A DNA stretch of 64,000 nt from Octopus sinensis (lineage: Eukaryota): positions 207,452,001 through 207,516,000 of the forward strand of contig NC_042998.1 of assembly GCF_006345805.1 (NCBI RefSeq), given 5' to 3'. The translations under genes were made by a program, and so were the position numbers. Numbering within the stretch: the stretch's first letter is position 1; each line of letters opens with the position of its first letter. The notes beneath the pieces were generated by a model, which was given only the letters and a program-made list of their open reading frames with translations, was not told the origin of the DNA and did not search any database. Below, piece by piece: positions 29,671 through 42,879 of the stretch.

Positions 29671-29939
29671 AAGAGTAAAAGAGTAATCAGATTATTGAGC
29701 GAAGGAACAAACGACCCGCCATGTTTGTTTTCCTTCGGTTTCCTTCTATGTCTCCACTGTTATGTTTTTGGTCCCGGCTTTGACCCTCCATAAATCCTAA
29801 ATTTTATTTTAGAATTTATGGGTGCAACTGTCTTCGAGGACCCCTATTGTCGTTGAATGCTCGAAATGTGGTCCTCGCAGATTGAGACGCAGAAATGCTT
29901 TAAACTACCTCTCCGTAAAAAAGACAGCAGCAGCAGGTA

Positions 29940-30015
29940 CAGCAGTAAGTACTCCTCCTCCTCCTTCTCCTCCTCCTTCTCCTCCTCCTCCATCTTATCC
30001 TCCTCCTCCTCCTCC

Positions 30016-30046
<31 letters not shown>

Positions 30047-30325
30047 ACTACTACTACTACTACTACTACTACCCATCTTCGCAATGACAAAAAACATCAC
30101 CACTAACCACGTCTTCCCCATCTACCAAAGCTAGTACCACCATCACCATTACCTTTAACACCACCACCACAACAACAACAACAACTACTACTACTATCAC
30201 CACCACCACCACCACCACCACAACCACTATCACCACCACCACCACTATCACCACTACCACCACTATCACCACCACCACCCACCACCACCACCAACAGCAC
30301 CACCACCACCACCACCACCACCAGT
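29940..30325. repeat. Compound trinucleotide microsatellite (TCC/CTA/CAC)n
   Basis: Direct inspection. Confidence 0.95.
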
Positions 30326-30696
30326 ACTACCAATGTCAACACACGTCAAGGCAATGTGAACCGAGAGACATCTGTTCCCCCACAGGTAACAATGGATCAT
30401 TTCCTGAAATCGATGATATTTAAATTTTTATTCGGTTCGATTAGAGTTTTATTGGAATTTGGGTGTAGAATGAAGGTGAGGCAGTCGACGACACAGGATG
30501 TTGTATATACAGGCGGACACACCTGAGACGCTCAGGTGTGTATGTATGTATGTGTGTATGTATGTATGTGTATGTATGTATGTATGTATGTATGTATGTA
30601 TGTATGTATATGTATGTGTGTATGTGTGTGTATGTATGTATGCATGTATGTATGTGTGTATGCATGTATGTGTGTATGCATGTATGCATGCATGTA

Positions 30697-32114
30697 TGAC
30701 TGGAGAACAGCGATAATCTGCCCAATTTTCAAGAAAGGGAGCCGCGAAGACCCGCTTAACTACCGACCGGTTTCCCTTACATCAATAATCAGCAAGATGT
30801 TCGAAACCATCCTTAAGAAAAGTATGATGCTCCACCTCCTAAGCACAGCCTCGATCACTGATTCCCAACACGGCTTCGTGCCGAAGAGATCATGCTTGAC
30901 CAACTTACTAGTAATGGAAGAATTGGTGACGCGCATCCTCGATGATAGTGATGCTGTTGACATCGTTTTATGGACTTTGCAAAGCTTTTGACTCGGTAAA
31001 CACCGCCTACTACTTGTCAAGCTTCAAGCATATAGTTTCCATCCGGATATTGTACGATGGGTTGGTGCCTCCTCTCAGATCGCTCCTTCCAAGTTCAAGT
31101 TAATGGTTCGCGGTCCGACGTCTCCAGTGCGAGCAGTGGCGTGCCTCAAGGTTCAGTGCTTGGGCCCTTGTTGTTCTTAGTCTTCATAAATGACTTGCCC
31201 GACGACTCACGCAACACACCATTCTATTTGCCGACGATATCAAACTGGTCGCTCCTCGCGGTAGTATAGAGGATCTTCGTCGATGCCTCCACCAAATTTG
31301 GAAGTGGTCTAACGATGGGACCTGTGTCTGAACGTGTCAAAGTGCTGTCATCTGCCTGTCGGCTCTACTCCTACACTCAACTTGATTTCGAGCCGGGTCG
31401 TCTGCTGCTGGAGAGGACCGATCAGGTAAAGGACCTGGGTTATCTGGTGGATTCCTCCTTTTCGCCTTCGGCCCAGTGCGTCCATGCTGCCAACAAAGCG
31501 CGCGGAATTCTGTTTTGATTCGACGGTCATTCGGAGTGCTCACAGCAGCCATATTCCTGCCACTCTATGTCACGCTGGTGAGACCCATATTGGAGTATGG
31601 GATTCAAGCCTCTTCTCCTTATCTCCTCAAAGACATACAGCACCTCGAAAGAGTCCAGAGGCTGGCTACCCGCCTGGTTCATGGTCTCAAAAATTGTCCT
31701 ACGAAGAAAGGCTGAGGACGCTCGACCTTATTCTCTTGAAAAACGGCCGCCGCCGTGGTGATCTCATTCTCGCCCACAACATCATAAGCGGGAAGTGTAA
31801 CCTCTCGAAAGAGCTGTTCTTCACTCCTGCTCCGGAGCGTCGGTGCGGGGTCATTCCGAAAAGCTCTACCTGCGACGATTTCATCTCAATCGAAGGAGAG
31901 GAGCTTTCTCCGTCCGGGTTGCGGATCCGTGGAACAAGCTGCCAGATGAGATGGTGAAGATGCCGACGACCGCTTTGTTCAAAGCCTCCCTGGACCTCAA
32001 GTGGCCTGAACTCTTTACATGAACACCACCCTGTACTTAACTCCATGTCCCCCTACATGGCCTTGCTATTTGCTTTTGAGCCAAATTAACTAACTAACTA
32101 ACTAACTAACTAAC
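30697..32114 (+). mobile_element. 5'-truncated CR1-like LINE (RT and 3'UTR), frameshifted, with (TAAC)n tail
   Basis: PIFKKGSREDPLNYRPVSLTS, QHGFVPKRSCLTNLL, GVPQGSVLGPLLFLVFINDL, LVRPILEY, HLERVQR; tail at about 32088-32114. Confidence 0.92.
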
Positions 32115-32947
32115 ATGTGTGTATGTATGCATGTGTGTATGTGTGTGTATGTATGTATGTATGTATGTGTGTGTGTATGTATGAATGTATGTATGTATGT
32201 GTATATGTATGTGTGTATGTGTGTGTGTATGTGTGTGTATGTATGTGTGTATGTATGTATTATTGTGTGTGTATGCATGTATGTATGTGTGTGTGTTTGT
32301 GTGTGTATGTGTGTATATGTGTGTGTATGTATGTATGTGTGTGTATGTATGTGTGTATATGTGTGTGTATATATGTATGTATGTATGTATGTGTGTATGT
32401 ATGTATGTGTGTGTGTATGTATGTGTGTATATGTGTGTGTATGTATGCATGTATGTATGTATGTATGTATGTGTGTATGTGTGTGTATGTATGTGTGTAT
32501 ATGTGTGTGTATGTATGTATGTGTGTATGTATGTATGTATGCATGTGTGTATTTGTGTGTATGTATGTGTGTATGTATGTATGTATGTATGTATGTATGT
32601 ACGTATGTATGTATGTGTGTATGTGTGTGTGTATGTATGTATGTATGTATGTTTGTATGTGTGTATGTGTGTGTGTATGTATGTGTGTATATGTGTGTGT
32701 ATGTATGTATGTATGTATGTGTGTATGTGTGTATGTATGTATGTATGTATGTGTGTATGCATGTATGTATGTATGTATGTATGTATGTGTGTATGTATGT
32801 ATGTATGTGTGTGTGTATGTATGTATGTATGTATGTATGTGTGTATGTGTGTATGCATGTATGTGTGTATGTATCTATGTATGTATGTATGTATGTGTGT
32901 ATGCATGTATGTATGCATGTATGTATGTATGTATGTGTGTATGTATC

Positions 32948-32978
<31 letters not shown>

Positions 32979-33545
32979 GTATGTATGAATGTATGTATGT
33001 ATGTGTGTATGCATGTATGTATGTATGTATGTGTGTATGTATGTATGTATGTATGTATGTATGTGTGTATGTGTGTATGTATGTATGTATGTGTGTATGT
33101 ATGTATGTGTGTATGTATCTATGTATGTGTGTATGTATCTATGTATGTGTGTATGTATGTATGTATGTATGTATGTATGTGTGTATGTATGTATGTATGT
33201 ATGTGTGTGTGTATGTGTGTATGTATGTATGTGTGTATGTATGTATGTGTGTATGTATCTATGTATGTGTGTATGTATCTATGTATGTGTGTATGTATGT
33301 GTGTATGTATGTGTGTATGCATGTATGTATGTATGTATCTATGTATGTGTGTATGTATGTATGTGTGTATGTATGTATGTATGTATGTGTGTATGCATGT
33401 ATGTGTGTATGTATGTATGTATGTATGTATGTATGTTTATGTATGTATGTATGTATGTATGTATGTGTGTATGTATGTATGTATGTATGTATGTATGTGT
33501 GTATGTATGTATGTGTGTATGCATGTATGTGTGTATTTATGTATG
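32115..33545. repeat. (TGTA/TG)n microsatellite
   Basis: Direct inspection. Confidence 0.98.
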
Positions 33546-33547
33546 TC

Positions 33548-34350
33548 TGTGCACACCTTTGGCCCTATCCTACAGTGCACCGTAGCTGTTTCTTTGGCAT
33601 ACCTGTAGAAAGTTCTGGGGTTAGTCTTTATGTTGTCTCTAGCCCAGGCTTCTTTGTCTGCTCTTTCTTTTTTGTGGGAGAGTTGCAGACATTTTTCAAT
33701 TTCCAACAGTTTTATTTTCGGGTGGGATTTTCACTGCTTTCAATTTGTTTGTTTAGGCGATTTGAAACTTTTGTACGCCGTCTTAGAATTTTCCTCTCTC
33801 TGGGGATTTTGCTCTTGTGTACAGTGGCCTTTCTCTCTGGGACACATTTGTAGCATATGGCTTGCATTACAGACATGAATTGTTGAAGTTTCATGTCGAT
33901 GTCTGGCGAGGAGAGACATTCAGGCCAGTTTTGTTTGAGGATCTCTTTCTCAATTTGTTTCCAGTTTGCCTTATGGAAGTTCAAGCTGGAAAGATGAGAG
34001 TTTCTTGTAGGGCTGCATGTCCATGCTTTCCTTTGGCCCGTACATGGTCAGCTCTACCATGTTGTGATCTGAGAGTAGTGTCGGTGTCACTTTCACATTA
34101 TGGATGAGATCCATATTATTTGTGAAGCAGAGATCCAGTATGTTACCTGCCCTGGTTGGTTGGAGTATTACTTGCTCCATGTACAGGGTGTTGATGAGGT
34201 TCAGGAGGGACCTCGCCTGTCCTCGTTCGCATCGTGTCATTCCTGGGAGAGAAAGGCCCTCGGGCCATCTGACATTGGGTAGATTGAAGTCTCCCATAAG
34301 AAGTACACTTATGTGTTCTAATGTAACTAGAACTTCTATTTTTATAAGGC
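33548..34350 (-). mobile_element. CR1-like LINE endonuclease/linker fragment
   Basis: LLMGDFNLP, PTRAGNILDLCFTN, SDHNMV, NFHKANW, NPRTFYRYAK. Confidence 0.85.
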
Positions 34351-34868
34351 AGTCTTCAAACACATATATATACACACACACATATATATGTGTATATATA
34401 CACACATATATATGTGTATATATATATATATATTTATATATACGCGTATAAGAAGGGATGACCACTAAGTGGACATGTAATATGCTAGAAGTAGATCGCC
34501 TACCACAAAGAAAAGAATGTTCTCTAGAAAAATTCAGCAAACGATGTTGTTAATGGCGAAACCAGTCTACAATTAATTCTTTATTTTGTATATTTTCATC
34601 TGTCTTACCCACTCATGTTCTGGTGTTTGCTAAATTTTTCTAGAGTACATTATTTTCTTTGTAGTTAGATCGTTGGTGATCTACTTCTAGCATATTGGAT
34701 GTCCCATCCCTTTTTATACGTATGTAATATAATTTTTCTGAATTTTCAGATTTTTCTATATGCTAGGCTACTGGTTTTAAATTGATGTTAATTGAATTAA
34801 TATTCAATTGATCACCCTCATTATTTATATCATATACGTACATACATACATACATACATACATACACA

Positions 34869-34924
<56 letters not shown>

Positions 34925-35068
34925 GTATGTATGTGTGTGTGTGTGTGTGTGTGTGTAAATGGATGAATGAATTCAGTTCCCAGGGTAGCAAAATTCACGC
35001 AAGTAACAAGTATGTAGCGACCTATTCAAAGGTAGATACTCCGGGTTAATGTGCAGTCATTTGTGTAG

Positions 35069-35199
35069 TATAAGTAAATAAATGGAGTTGAACGCAGATG
35101 CTATTCCTTTGGAATAAAACCAATGTTGTCTTCGAAACATATGTCGAAAGTAAAAGAATTTGAATAGCATCTGCGTTCAACTCCACTTATTTACTTATA
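35069..35199. mobile_element. Small MITE with 38-bp TIRs (duplicated at about 35369-35499)
   Basis: tataagtaaataaatggagttgaacgcagatgctattc and its reverse complement with one mismatch; TA ends. Confidence 0.75.
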
Positions 35200-35232
35200 T
35201 ATATATATATATATTATATATATATATATGTA

Positions 35233-35267
<35 letters not shown>

Positions 35268-35523
35268 GGATGAATGAATTCAGTTCCCAGGGTAGCAAAA
35301 TTCACGCAAGTAACAAGTATGTAGCGACCTATTCAAAGGTAGATACTCCGGGTTAATGTGCAGTCATTTGTGTAGTATAAGTAAATAAATGGAGTTGAAC
35401 GCAGATGCTATTCCTTTGGAATAAAACCAATGTTGTCTTCGAAACATATGTCGAAAGTAAAAGAATTTGAATAGCATCTGCGTTCAACTCCACTTATTTA
35501 CTTATATATATATATATATATAT

Positions 35524-35557
<34 letters not shown>

Positions 35558-36276
35558 TTGTAAAAAATGAAGTTCGAAAATGCTGCTGTATTATACAATT
35601 TTTAATTTTTATATATACATTATAACATGTTTCAGTTCCTGAAATGAACCTTATCAAAAAAAGTTATATATAAAAAAAGACAGCTCATGCCGTCAAACAC
35701 AAGAAATTCATTTATAATACACAACGGAGTCAGACATCTTAGAGTTCATGTATAGTTGATATATAGTTCATGTATAGTTGATATATAGTTTGAAGTATAT
35801 GTTCAAAGTGTTCGATGCAGTGGCCCACGGTGGCGATACGTATTCAATACAAAAAACAGATCAAAGTGGTGGAAAGCGGTCAATACAGAAGATTGATGTT
35901 TCCGAAAGAGCGAGGAATTCATTTTTACCTTAAGCAATTGTGATGACCCATGGTGGAAGTTCGCTGGGTGGTTCTGTATATATATATATAATCGACTATC
36001 CCCCTCCCGACAAAATTCAGGCCTTGTGCCTATAGTAGAAAGGATTATTCGTAGGTTCATAAGATGAAAATTTATAACAACAGGCACGAAGGAAAGTTTC
36101 GAAAGATTCTGTTTTATTCTCCAATTTCATACAGGTAAGAATTACAATAAAACTTTGGCATAGAAATTCTAAGATTAAAATGTAACATACAAGTGAAAGA
36201 TAATTTTATAAAGTTTAGTTCACTTGGAGACAAACATAATGGATTTTACAGATTCTTTGTCTTTGTCTATGTTGTA

Positions 36277-36629
36277 TCAGTTTCTGTATTGCAGCGCTGT
36301 GTTCGCAGGGGGTTTAACTTTGATTGGGATTACTTCGACTTTAGATTTTTCAACAGGGGCCTCGGCCGTCAGCATGTTCTTTCTGATAGTAACAGTCATC
36401 TTTTCCAAGTTGACCAATTTTGGAAGTAGTTCACCAATGCTTATCGATGTGGTTCTGTTAAAAGCATTTGTTTTCTTACCAGTGAGTTGAAAATATTGCC
36501 CTTGGCGGGTGGCGTTTAAACTTGAGATATTGTACCCGGTTAGGTTCATCTGAAGTCTCCAAACGTAGGTATCATTATCGACTTGGACGAATTTTGCTCG
36601 AGTTCCATCTTGAAAGTAGTTTCGTATTC
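36277..36629 (-). CDS. Terminal coding exon, alpha-crystallin/HSP20-like domain (copy A, open frame)
   Basis: ttttattttaacag acceptor, phase 1, compatible with the 48569 donor. WRLQMNLTGY...FQLTGK...LLPKLVNLEKMTVTIRKNMLTAEAP follows the ACD strand pattern and ends with an IPI motif. AATAAA at 36118-36113 downstream. Family assigned by eye. Confidence 0.72.
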
Positions 36630-36835
36630 CTGTTAAAATAAAATAAAAAAATATATATAAAGTAATAAGTATTTCCAGGTGTGTCTGTTCCCTTCCCACC
36701 ATTTTGTTCCGGGTCAGTCCCATTCTGTGACGCCTTGAGCAAATATCGTCTACTATAGCCTCAAGCCCATTAAAGCCTTGCGAGTAGATTTGGTAAACGG
36801 AACCGAAGAGAGCCCCTCGTACATACATACATATA

Positions 36836-36867
<32 letters not shown>

Positions 36868-37556
36868 TTGTAAAAAATGAAGTTCGAAAATGCTGCTGTA
36901 TTATACAATTTTTAATTTTTATATATACATTATAACATGTTTCAGTTCCTGAAATGAACCTTATCAAAAAAAGTTATATATAAAAAAAGACAGCTCATGC
37001 CGTCAAACACAAGAAATTCATTATAATACACAACGGAGTCAGACATCTTAGAGGTCATGTATAGTTGATATATAGTTCATGTATAGTTGATATATAGTTT
37101 GAAGTATATGTTCAAGTGTTCGATGCAGTGGCCCACCGGTGGCGATACGTATTCAATACAAAAAACAGATCAAAGTGGTGGAAAGCGGTCAATACAGAAG
37201 ATTGATGTTTCCGAAAGAGCGAGGAATCATTTTTACCTTAAGCAATTGTGATGACCCATGGTGGAAGTTCGCTGGGTGGTTCTGTATAATATATATATTA
37301 ATCGACTATCCCCCTCCCGACAAAATGCAGGCCTTGTGCCTATAGTAGAAAGGATTATTCGTAGGTTCATAAGATGAAAATTTATAACAACAGGCACGAA
37401 GGAAAGTTTCGAAAGATTCTGTTTTATTCTCCAATTTCATACAGGTAAGAATTACAATAAAACTTTGGCATAGACAATTCTAAGATTAAAATGTAACATA
37501 CAAGTGAAAGATAATTTTATAAAGTTTAGTTCACTTGGAGACAAACATAATGGATT

Positions 37557-37944
37557 TTACAGATTCTGTCTTTGTCTATGTTGTATCAGTTTCTGTATTG
37601 CAGCGCTGTGTTCGCAGGTGTCGAGGGGGGGTTTAACTTTGATTGGGATTACTTCGACTTTAGATTTTTCAACAGGGGCCTCGGCCGTCAGCATGTTATT
37701 TCTGATAGTAACAGTCATCTTTTCCAAGTTGACCAATGTGGAAGTAGTTCACCAATGCTTATCGATGTGGTCTGTAAAAGCATTTGTTTTCTTACCAGTG
37801 AGTTGAAAATATTGCCCTTGGCGGGTGGCGTTTAAACTTGAGATATTGTACCCGGTAGGTTCATCTGAAGTCTCCAAACGTAGGTATCATTATCGACTTG
37901 GACGAATTTTGCTCGAGTTCCATCTTGAAAGTAGTTTCGTATTC
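37557..37944 (-). pseudogene. Duplicate of the HSP20-like terminal exon (copy B) with small frameshifting deletions and a longer C-terminus
   Basis: Near-identical to copy A. Single-base losses near 37737, 37770 and 37855, plus about 10 extra nt near 37620. The 3' frame reads VKPPLDTCEHSAAIQKLIQHRQRQNL*. Confidence 0.7.
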
Positions 37945-39344
37945 CTGTTAAAATAAAATAAAAAAATATATATAAAGTAAATAAGTATTTCTAGGTGTGT
38001 CTGTTCCCTTCCCAACCATTTTGTTCCAGGTTCAGTCCCATTCTGTGACGCCTTGAGCAAATATCGTCTACTATAGCCTCAAGCCCATTAAAGCCTTGTG
38101 AGTAGATTTGGTAAACGGAAACCGAAAGAAGCCCGTCGTACATACATATATATATATATATAAATACATGTGTTGGTAAACGGAAACTGAAAGAAGCCCG
38201 TCGTACATACATAATATATATATATATATATATATATAAATATATGTGTGTGTGTTTGTGTGTATATTTATTTATCTACATGTGTGTGTGCCTTTGTGTC
38301 TGTGTTTGCCCACCACCACCACCGTTTGACCACCGGTGTTGGTGTGATTGCGTTTCTATTACTTAGCGGTTCGGCTAAACGAACCGATAGAATAAGTACA
38401 AGACTTAGCAAAAAGAAAAATGATAATGAAATAATGATAATTCCGGGGTCGATTTATTCAACTGAAAATTCTTCAAGGTGGCGCTCTCAAGATGCAACAA
38501 ATAAGTTTTGTCGTATCTTGGAAGAGTCATTCTTTTCTACTCTAGGCACAAGGCCCGAAATGTTTGGGAAGGGGGCCAGTCGATTAGATCGACCCCAGAA
38601 CTCGGAACGTAGCGGCAGATAAAATACCTATTTCTTTACAACCCAATAGGGGCTAAACACAGAGAGGACAAACGGATTAAGTCGATTACATCGACACCAG
38701 TGCGTAACTGGTACTTAATTTATCGACCCCGAAAGGATGAAAGGCAAAGTAGACCTCGGCGGAATTTGAACTCGGATCGTAGCGGCAGATATAATACCGC
38801 TAAGTATTTCGCCCAGCGTGCTAACGTTTCTTATTTCTTTATTGCCTACAAGGGGCTCAACATAGAGGGGACAAACAAGGACAGACAATCGGATTAAGTC
38901 GATTATATCGATCCCAGTGCGTAACTGGTACTTAATTTATCGACCCCGAAAGGATGAAAGGCAAAGTCGACCTCGGCGGAATTTGAACTCAGAACGAAAC
39001 GGCAGACGTAATACCGCAAAGCATTTCGCCCGGCGTGCTAACGTCTCTGCCAGCTCGCTGCCTTTCTGTGTGTTCATTATTGGCATAAGAACCCTCCCGA
39101 GATATTCCAAACTAAATTAGTATAAACTGAAATGAAAGAATTACAAAGAATAAAGGCTTTCAATGGTGAAAAATAAAACATTTTCTTAAATTATTTTATT
39201 TCTTGTTTTGGCAAAATGTTAGTACAGCTGTCTATCTGAAGTGTTGACTGCGGAAACTGCAGTTTCTGTCACAATTGAGTAAAATATCTGTTTGGTCAAA
39301 TGTAATGTTCATTTATGTACATTGTTTCGAATTAATCATGTATT

Positions 39345-40378
39345 ATTACCCCCGCCTTCGCTAAAGCGGAGGTATTGTTTCAGTCGTGTTTGTTTGTCTG
39401 TCCGTGGACAAGATATCTCAAGAACAGCCGGATGGATTCGGATGAAACTTTCAGGGATGTTTGGCACGAACTGATTAGATTTCGGAATCATTACGGTACA
39501 AGACAACGATTCTGAATTATTTGTTACATTTACTTTACAAGAAGTGTTACGATCTTACGTTGACTTTCAAGTCTTTCTCTGATTATCTCCCTTGAACGCA
39601 CGCTCATGATTTCCACGTAAGTTATAGCGGCGTTGCTGTTTCCAAAGTATTATTTTTTCTCTATTATTAATTTTCCTTTTTTTTTTTAATAGAAACTGAT
39701 GGATAAAGAAATCAAACTACATAAACAAACGGAAGCAAAACCGTTCAGGAATAAAATAACACTAACATATTCAGTAACAATAATGAATTTAATTTATCCT
39801 CGATAATTTTTAGTTTTACCAATTTTGAATAAATCACTCCTGTCTAAAACCTCTTACCTACTTGACATTTACATTTCTAGCTCTGCCTTGAAGGAAGCTT
39901 TACTTCTTGGACTCACGTTTTTGTGCGCAATAATATTGTTAAACCTCCCTTAACAGCACCGTATGCAAGTCCTTTCTGTTTTTCTTTCAGGCATGGATAA
40001 ATTTTTCACTATAGACCTTAATGGTCGTAAAGACACTATATCAGTGGATAGACGAAAAAAGGCCTTCATAGAGGAAACTGTCCCTGTTCCCACTGCAGAC
40101 GACAAGCACACACAGCATTACAAACACGGCCTGCACACCCATTCCATGACTACCATTGGGATCGATCAGGTACCGGACAAAAATTCTGGATTATTTTCCC
40201 GGTTTTTTAAAACTTAATTTTTGAGAGAGGTCAGGTTCATTTCCAGTATTCCTGTTTGTGAGAGCAGTCGAGTTTACTTCAGATATTCTCATTTAAAAAA
40301 TCATCTCCGGCTAATCATTGAGAGGTCATTGGTGTTGCCTTGGCGGAGGTTTGCGCTCTCTGAGTGCTCTTGTTTTAT
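39345..40378 (+). mobile_element. HINE/DINE-1-like non-autonomous Helentron element
   Basis: 5' cccgcc...gcggagg hairpin followed by (GTTT/GTCT)n; 3' ccttggcggagg subTIR and gcgctc-t-gagtgc stem-loop ending in a T-run. Confidence 0.7.
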
Positions 40379-40384
40379 TTTGAA

Positions 40385-40683
40385 CTAGCAGTATCACCCG
40401 GCGTTGCTCGGGTTTGTAAGGGAAAAAACTATATAAGCATTTTTAGAGAGTTACTTCCCTTATATAATAGTAAAAAATTGCATTAAAAATGGGAAAAAAT
40501 TATGGTAAAATTTTTTTTTAATCGTAGACTCATCGTAGACGCGCGCTAATACCCAGAAGGGCTCGATATGAATCACGACTATAAGATACCCGCTTTTGGT
40601 TACACTGCACCGCAAAATGTGAGAGTAGTTAGGAATCTAAATCGTAGGAGACAGACACACAACTTCACTTTTATATATAAAGA
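40385..40683 (-). mobile_element. Helitron family A copy (internally shortened)
   Basis: Same termini. Confidence 0.8.
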
Positions 40684-40964
40684 TTAATTACGCATTATTT
40701 TATTTTCAATTAATCAGGCATTATCTTATTTTGAGATTTCAATGTTTATTTTTAGAAAGACATTGTAGGTGAGGTGTGAGAGGTTGGATTTGGCATATAT
40801 GTAGGTATGTCACAGCTAACTCCATCCGGTTACTATATATCATTGCGCATGCGTTACCGGAAGTCCATATTAAACCTGTCACTTTTTTGTTTCTCTCTCC
40901 ACTTATTCCTACACACGCACACCGTTATACTTGGGGATGGTCATATTTGACCAATTAAACGCAC

Positions 40965-41336
40965 ACATGCATGTATGTATGTATGTATGTATGTATGTAT
41001 GTATGTATGTATGTATGTATGTATGGTATGTACGTATGTATGAATGTATGTATGTATGTACGTATGTATGTACGTATGTATGTATGTATGTATGTATGTA
41101 TGTATGCATGTATGTATGAATGTATGGATGCATGTATGTGTGTATGCATGTATGCATACATGTATGTATGTGTGTATGTGTGCATTTATGTATGTGTGCA
41201 TTATGTATGTGTGCATTATGTATGTGTGTATGTGTGCATTTATGTGTGTATGTATGAATGTATGTATTTATGTATGTATGTATGTATGTATGTATGTATG
41301 CATGTATGTATGTATGTATGTATGTATGTATGTATG

Positions 41337-41365
<29 letters not shown>
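40965..41365. repeat. (TGTA)n microsatellite
   Basis: Direct inspection. Confidence 0.97.
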
Positions 41366-41368
<3 letters not shown>

Positions 41369-41583
41369 CACTCTTTACAAGATTCCATGCTTGGAATGAC
41401 CAATTATAAACACCATTGGATCTCACAAGGTACAGGAAACTTATATATACACTATTCTGCTTAAATAATGGAACTGCAGATACAATATCCTTACGTATCT
41501 CACGTCTGTTTTCATTCCTCCACTTCACTCTGTATTTCATATCTTCTCTAGAATAATTAGTTGCTTAACCATTTTCTCGCACC

Positions 41584-41631
41584 GTCTCTGATGAAGGGAT
41601 AAATGCAATATCCCCGAAACAGCTGTAAGAC
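41584..41631 (+). ncRNA. Minimal type I hammerhead ribozyme in Penelope-type terminal repeat
   Basis: gtct-CTGATGA-a-gggata(aatgcaa)tatccc-c-GAAA-cagctg-TA-agac. Stem I gtct/agac, stem II gggata/tatccc, palindromic stem III CAGCTG, GUA cleavage triplet. Confidence 0.8.
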
Positions 41632-42074
41632 CTCTTTATAAATGTTCTGAAGACTATTCACAACCTTGGATTTTTTTGTCTCATTCTGTTAATTTTTTAT
41701 ATAAATGCATGCTAATATACGACCTACGCTGGACTCCTCAATGCATAATCACTGAACCTGGAGCTTAACTATAGTCTGTCCATAGCACTTACTCAGCATT
41801 ACCTGACACCTTTGGGTCTTCTTGACACCAATACCTATCGTACCCTCGATATATATATATATATATATATATATACTCTTTTACTTGTTTCAGTCATTTG
41901 ACTGCGGCCATGCTGGAGAACCGCCTTTAGTCGAGCAAATCGACCCCAGGACTTATTATTTGTAAGCCTAGTACTTATTCTATCGGTCTCTTTTGCCGAA
42001 CCGCTAAGTTACGGGGACGTAAACACACCAGCATCGGTTGTCAAGTGATGTTGGGGGGACAATCACAGACACAC

Positions 42075-42127
<53 letters not shown>

Positions 42128-42269
42128 GCACGCATATATATATATATATAGTACGTTTAAATATTTGTTGTGCAAGATTTTTTATTGGCTAAACTGGCAA
42201 AATGACCATTCCGAAATATAACAATATATATATATATAATATATATATATATATATAATATATATATAG

Positions 42270-42304
<35 letters not shown>

Positions 42305-42879
42305 ATAGTACGTTTAAATATTTGTTGTGCAAGATTTTTTATTGGCTAAACTGGCAAAATGACCATTCCGAAATATAACAATATATATATATATAATATA
42401 TATATATATATATAATATATATATATATATATAGATATATATATATATATATACATATATACGACAGGCTTCTTTTTCAGTTTCCGCCTACCAAATCCAC
42501 TCACAAGGCTTTGGTCGGCCCTAGGCTATGGTAGAAGACACTAGCCCAAGGTGCCACGCACGCAGTGGGACTGAACCCAGAACCATGTGGTTGGTAAGAA
42601 AGCTACTTATACAGAACCACTCCTGCGCCTAATATATATATCTTTTAAAGAAGGTTGTTGTGTAAATCCGGATAAAGGAAAAAATACAAAGCAAACTACA
42701 AAAGGAAAAGTAAAACAGGACAAAGTTGCAGTTTTGGTTTGCATTACCATATTTCGGGGGTGAAACCCCTTCATCAGGACATTTGGGAAAAGCGTCCGGT
42801 GGAAAAGATCGTTACTCAGATGTGTGTGAGTGGGAGAAGGAGATAGGGGAGGAAGGAGGAATGTGACATGTGCAGACTG

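Larger units (their letters stand above)
35520..38140. repeat. Tandem duplication of about 1.3 kb (35520-36840 / 36840-38140)
   Basis: Both units start tttgtaaaaaatgaagttcgaaaatgc after (TA)n and are collinear throughout. Confidence 0.9.

Noticed and set aside
29822-30342. Pro/Thr/His-rich ORFs resembling mucin or extensin
   Set aside because: Compound trinucleotide microsatellite with no splice signals or signal peptide in support.
16804-36277. Functional cluster or fusion of the KS gene and HSP20-like gene
   Set aside because: Same strand and adjacent, but the HSP20-like exon has its own stop and AATAAA. About 19 kb of TEs separate them and nothing in the sequence links them.
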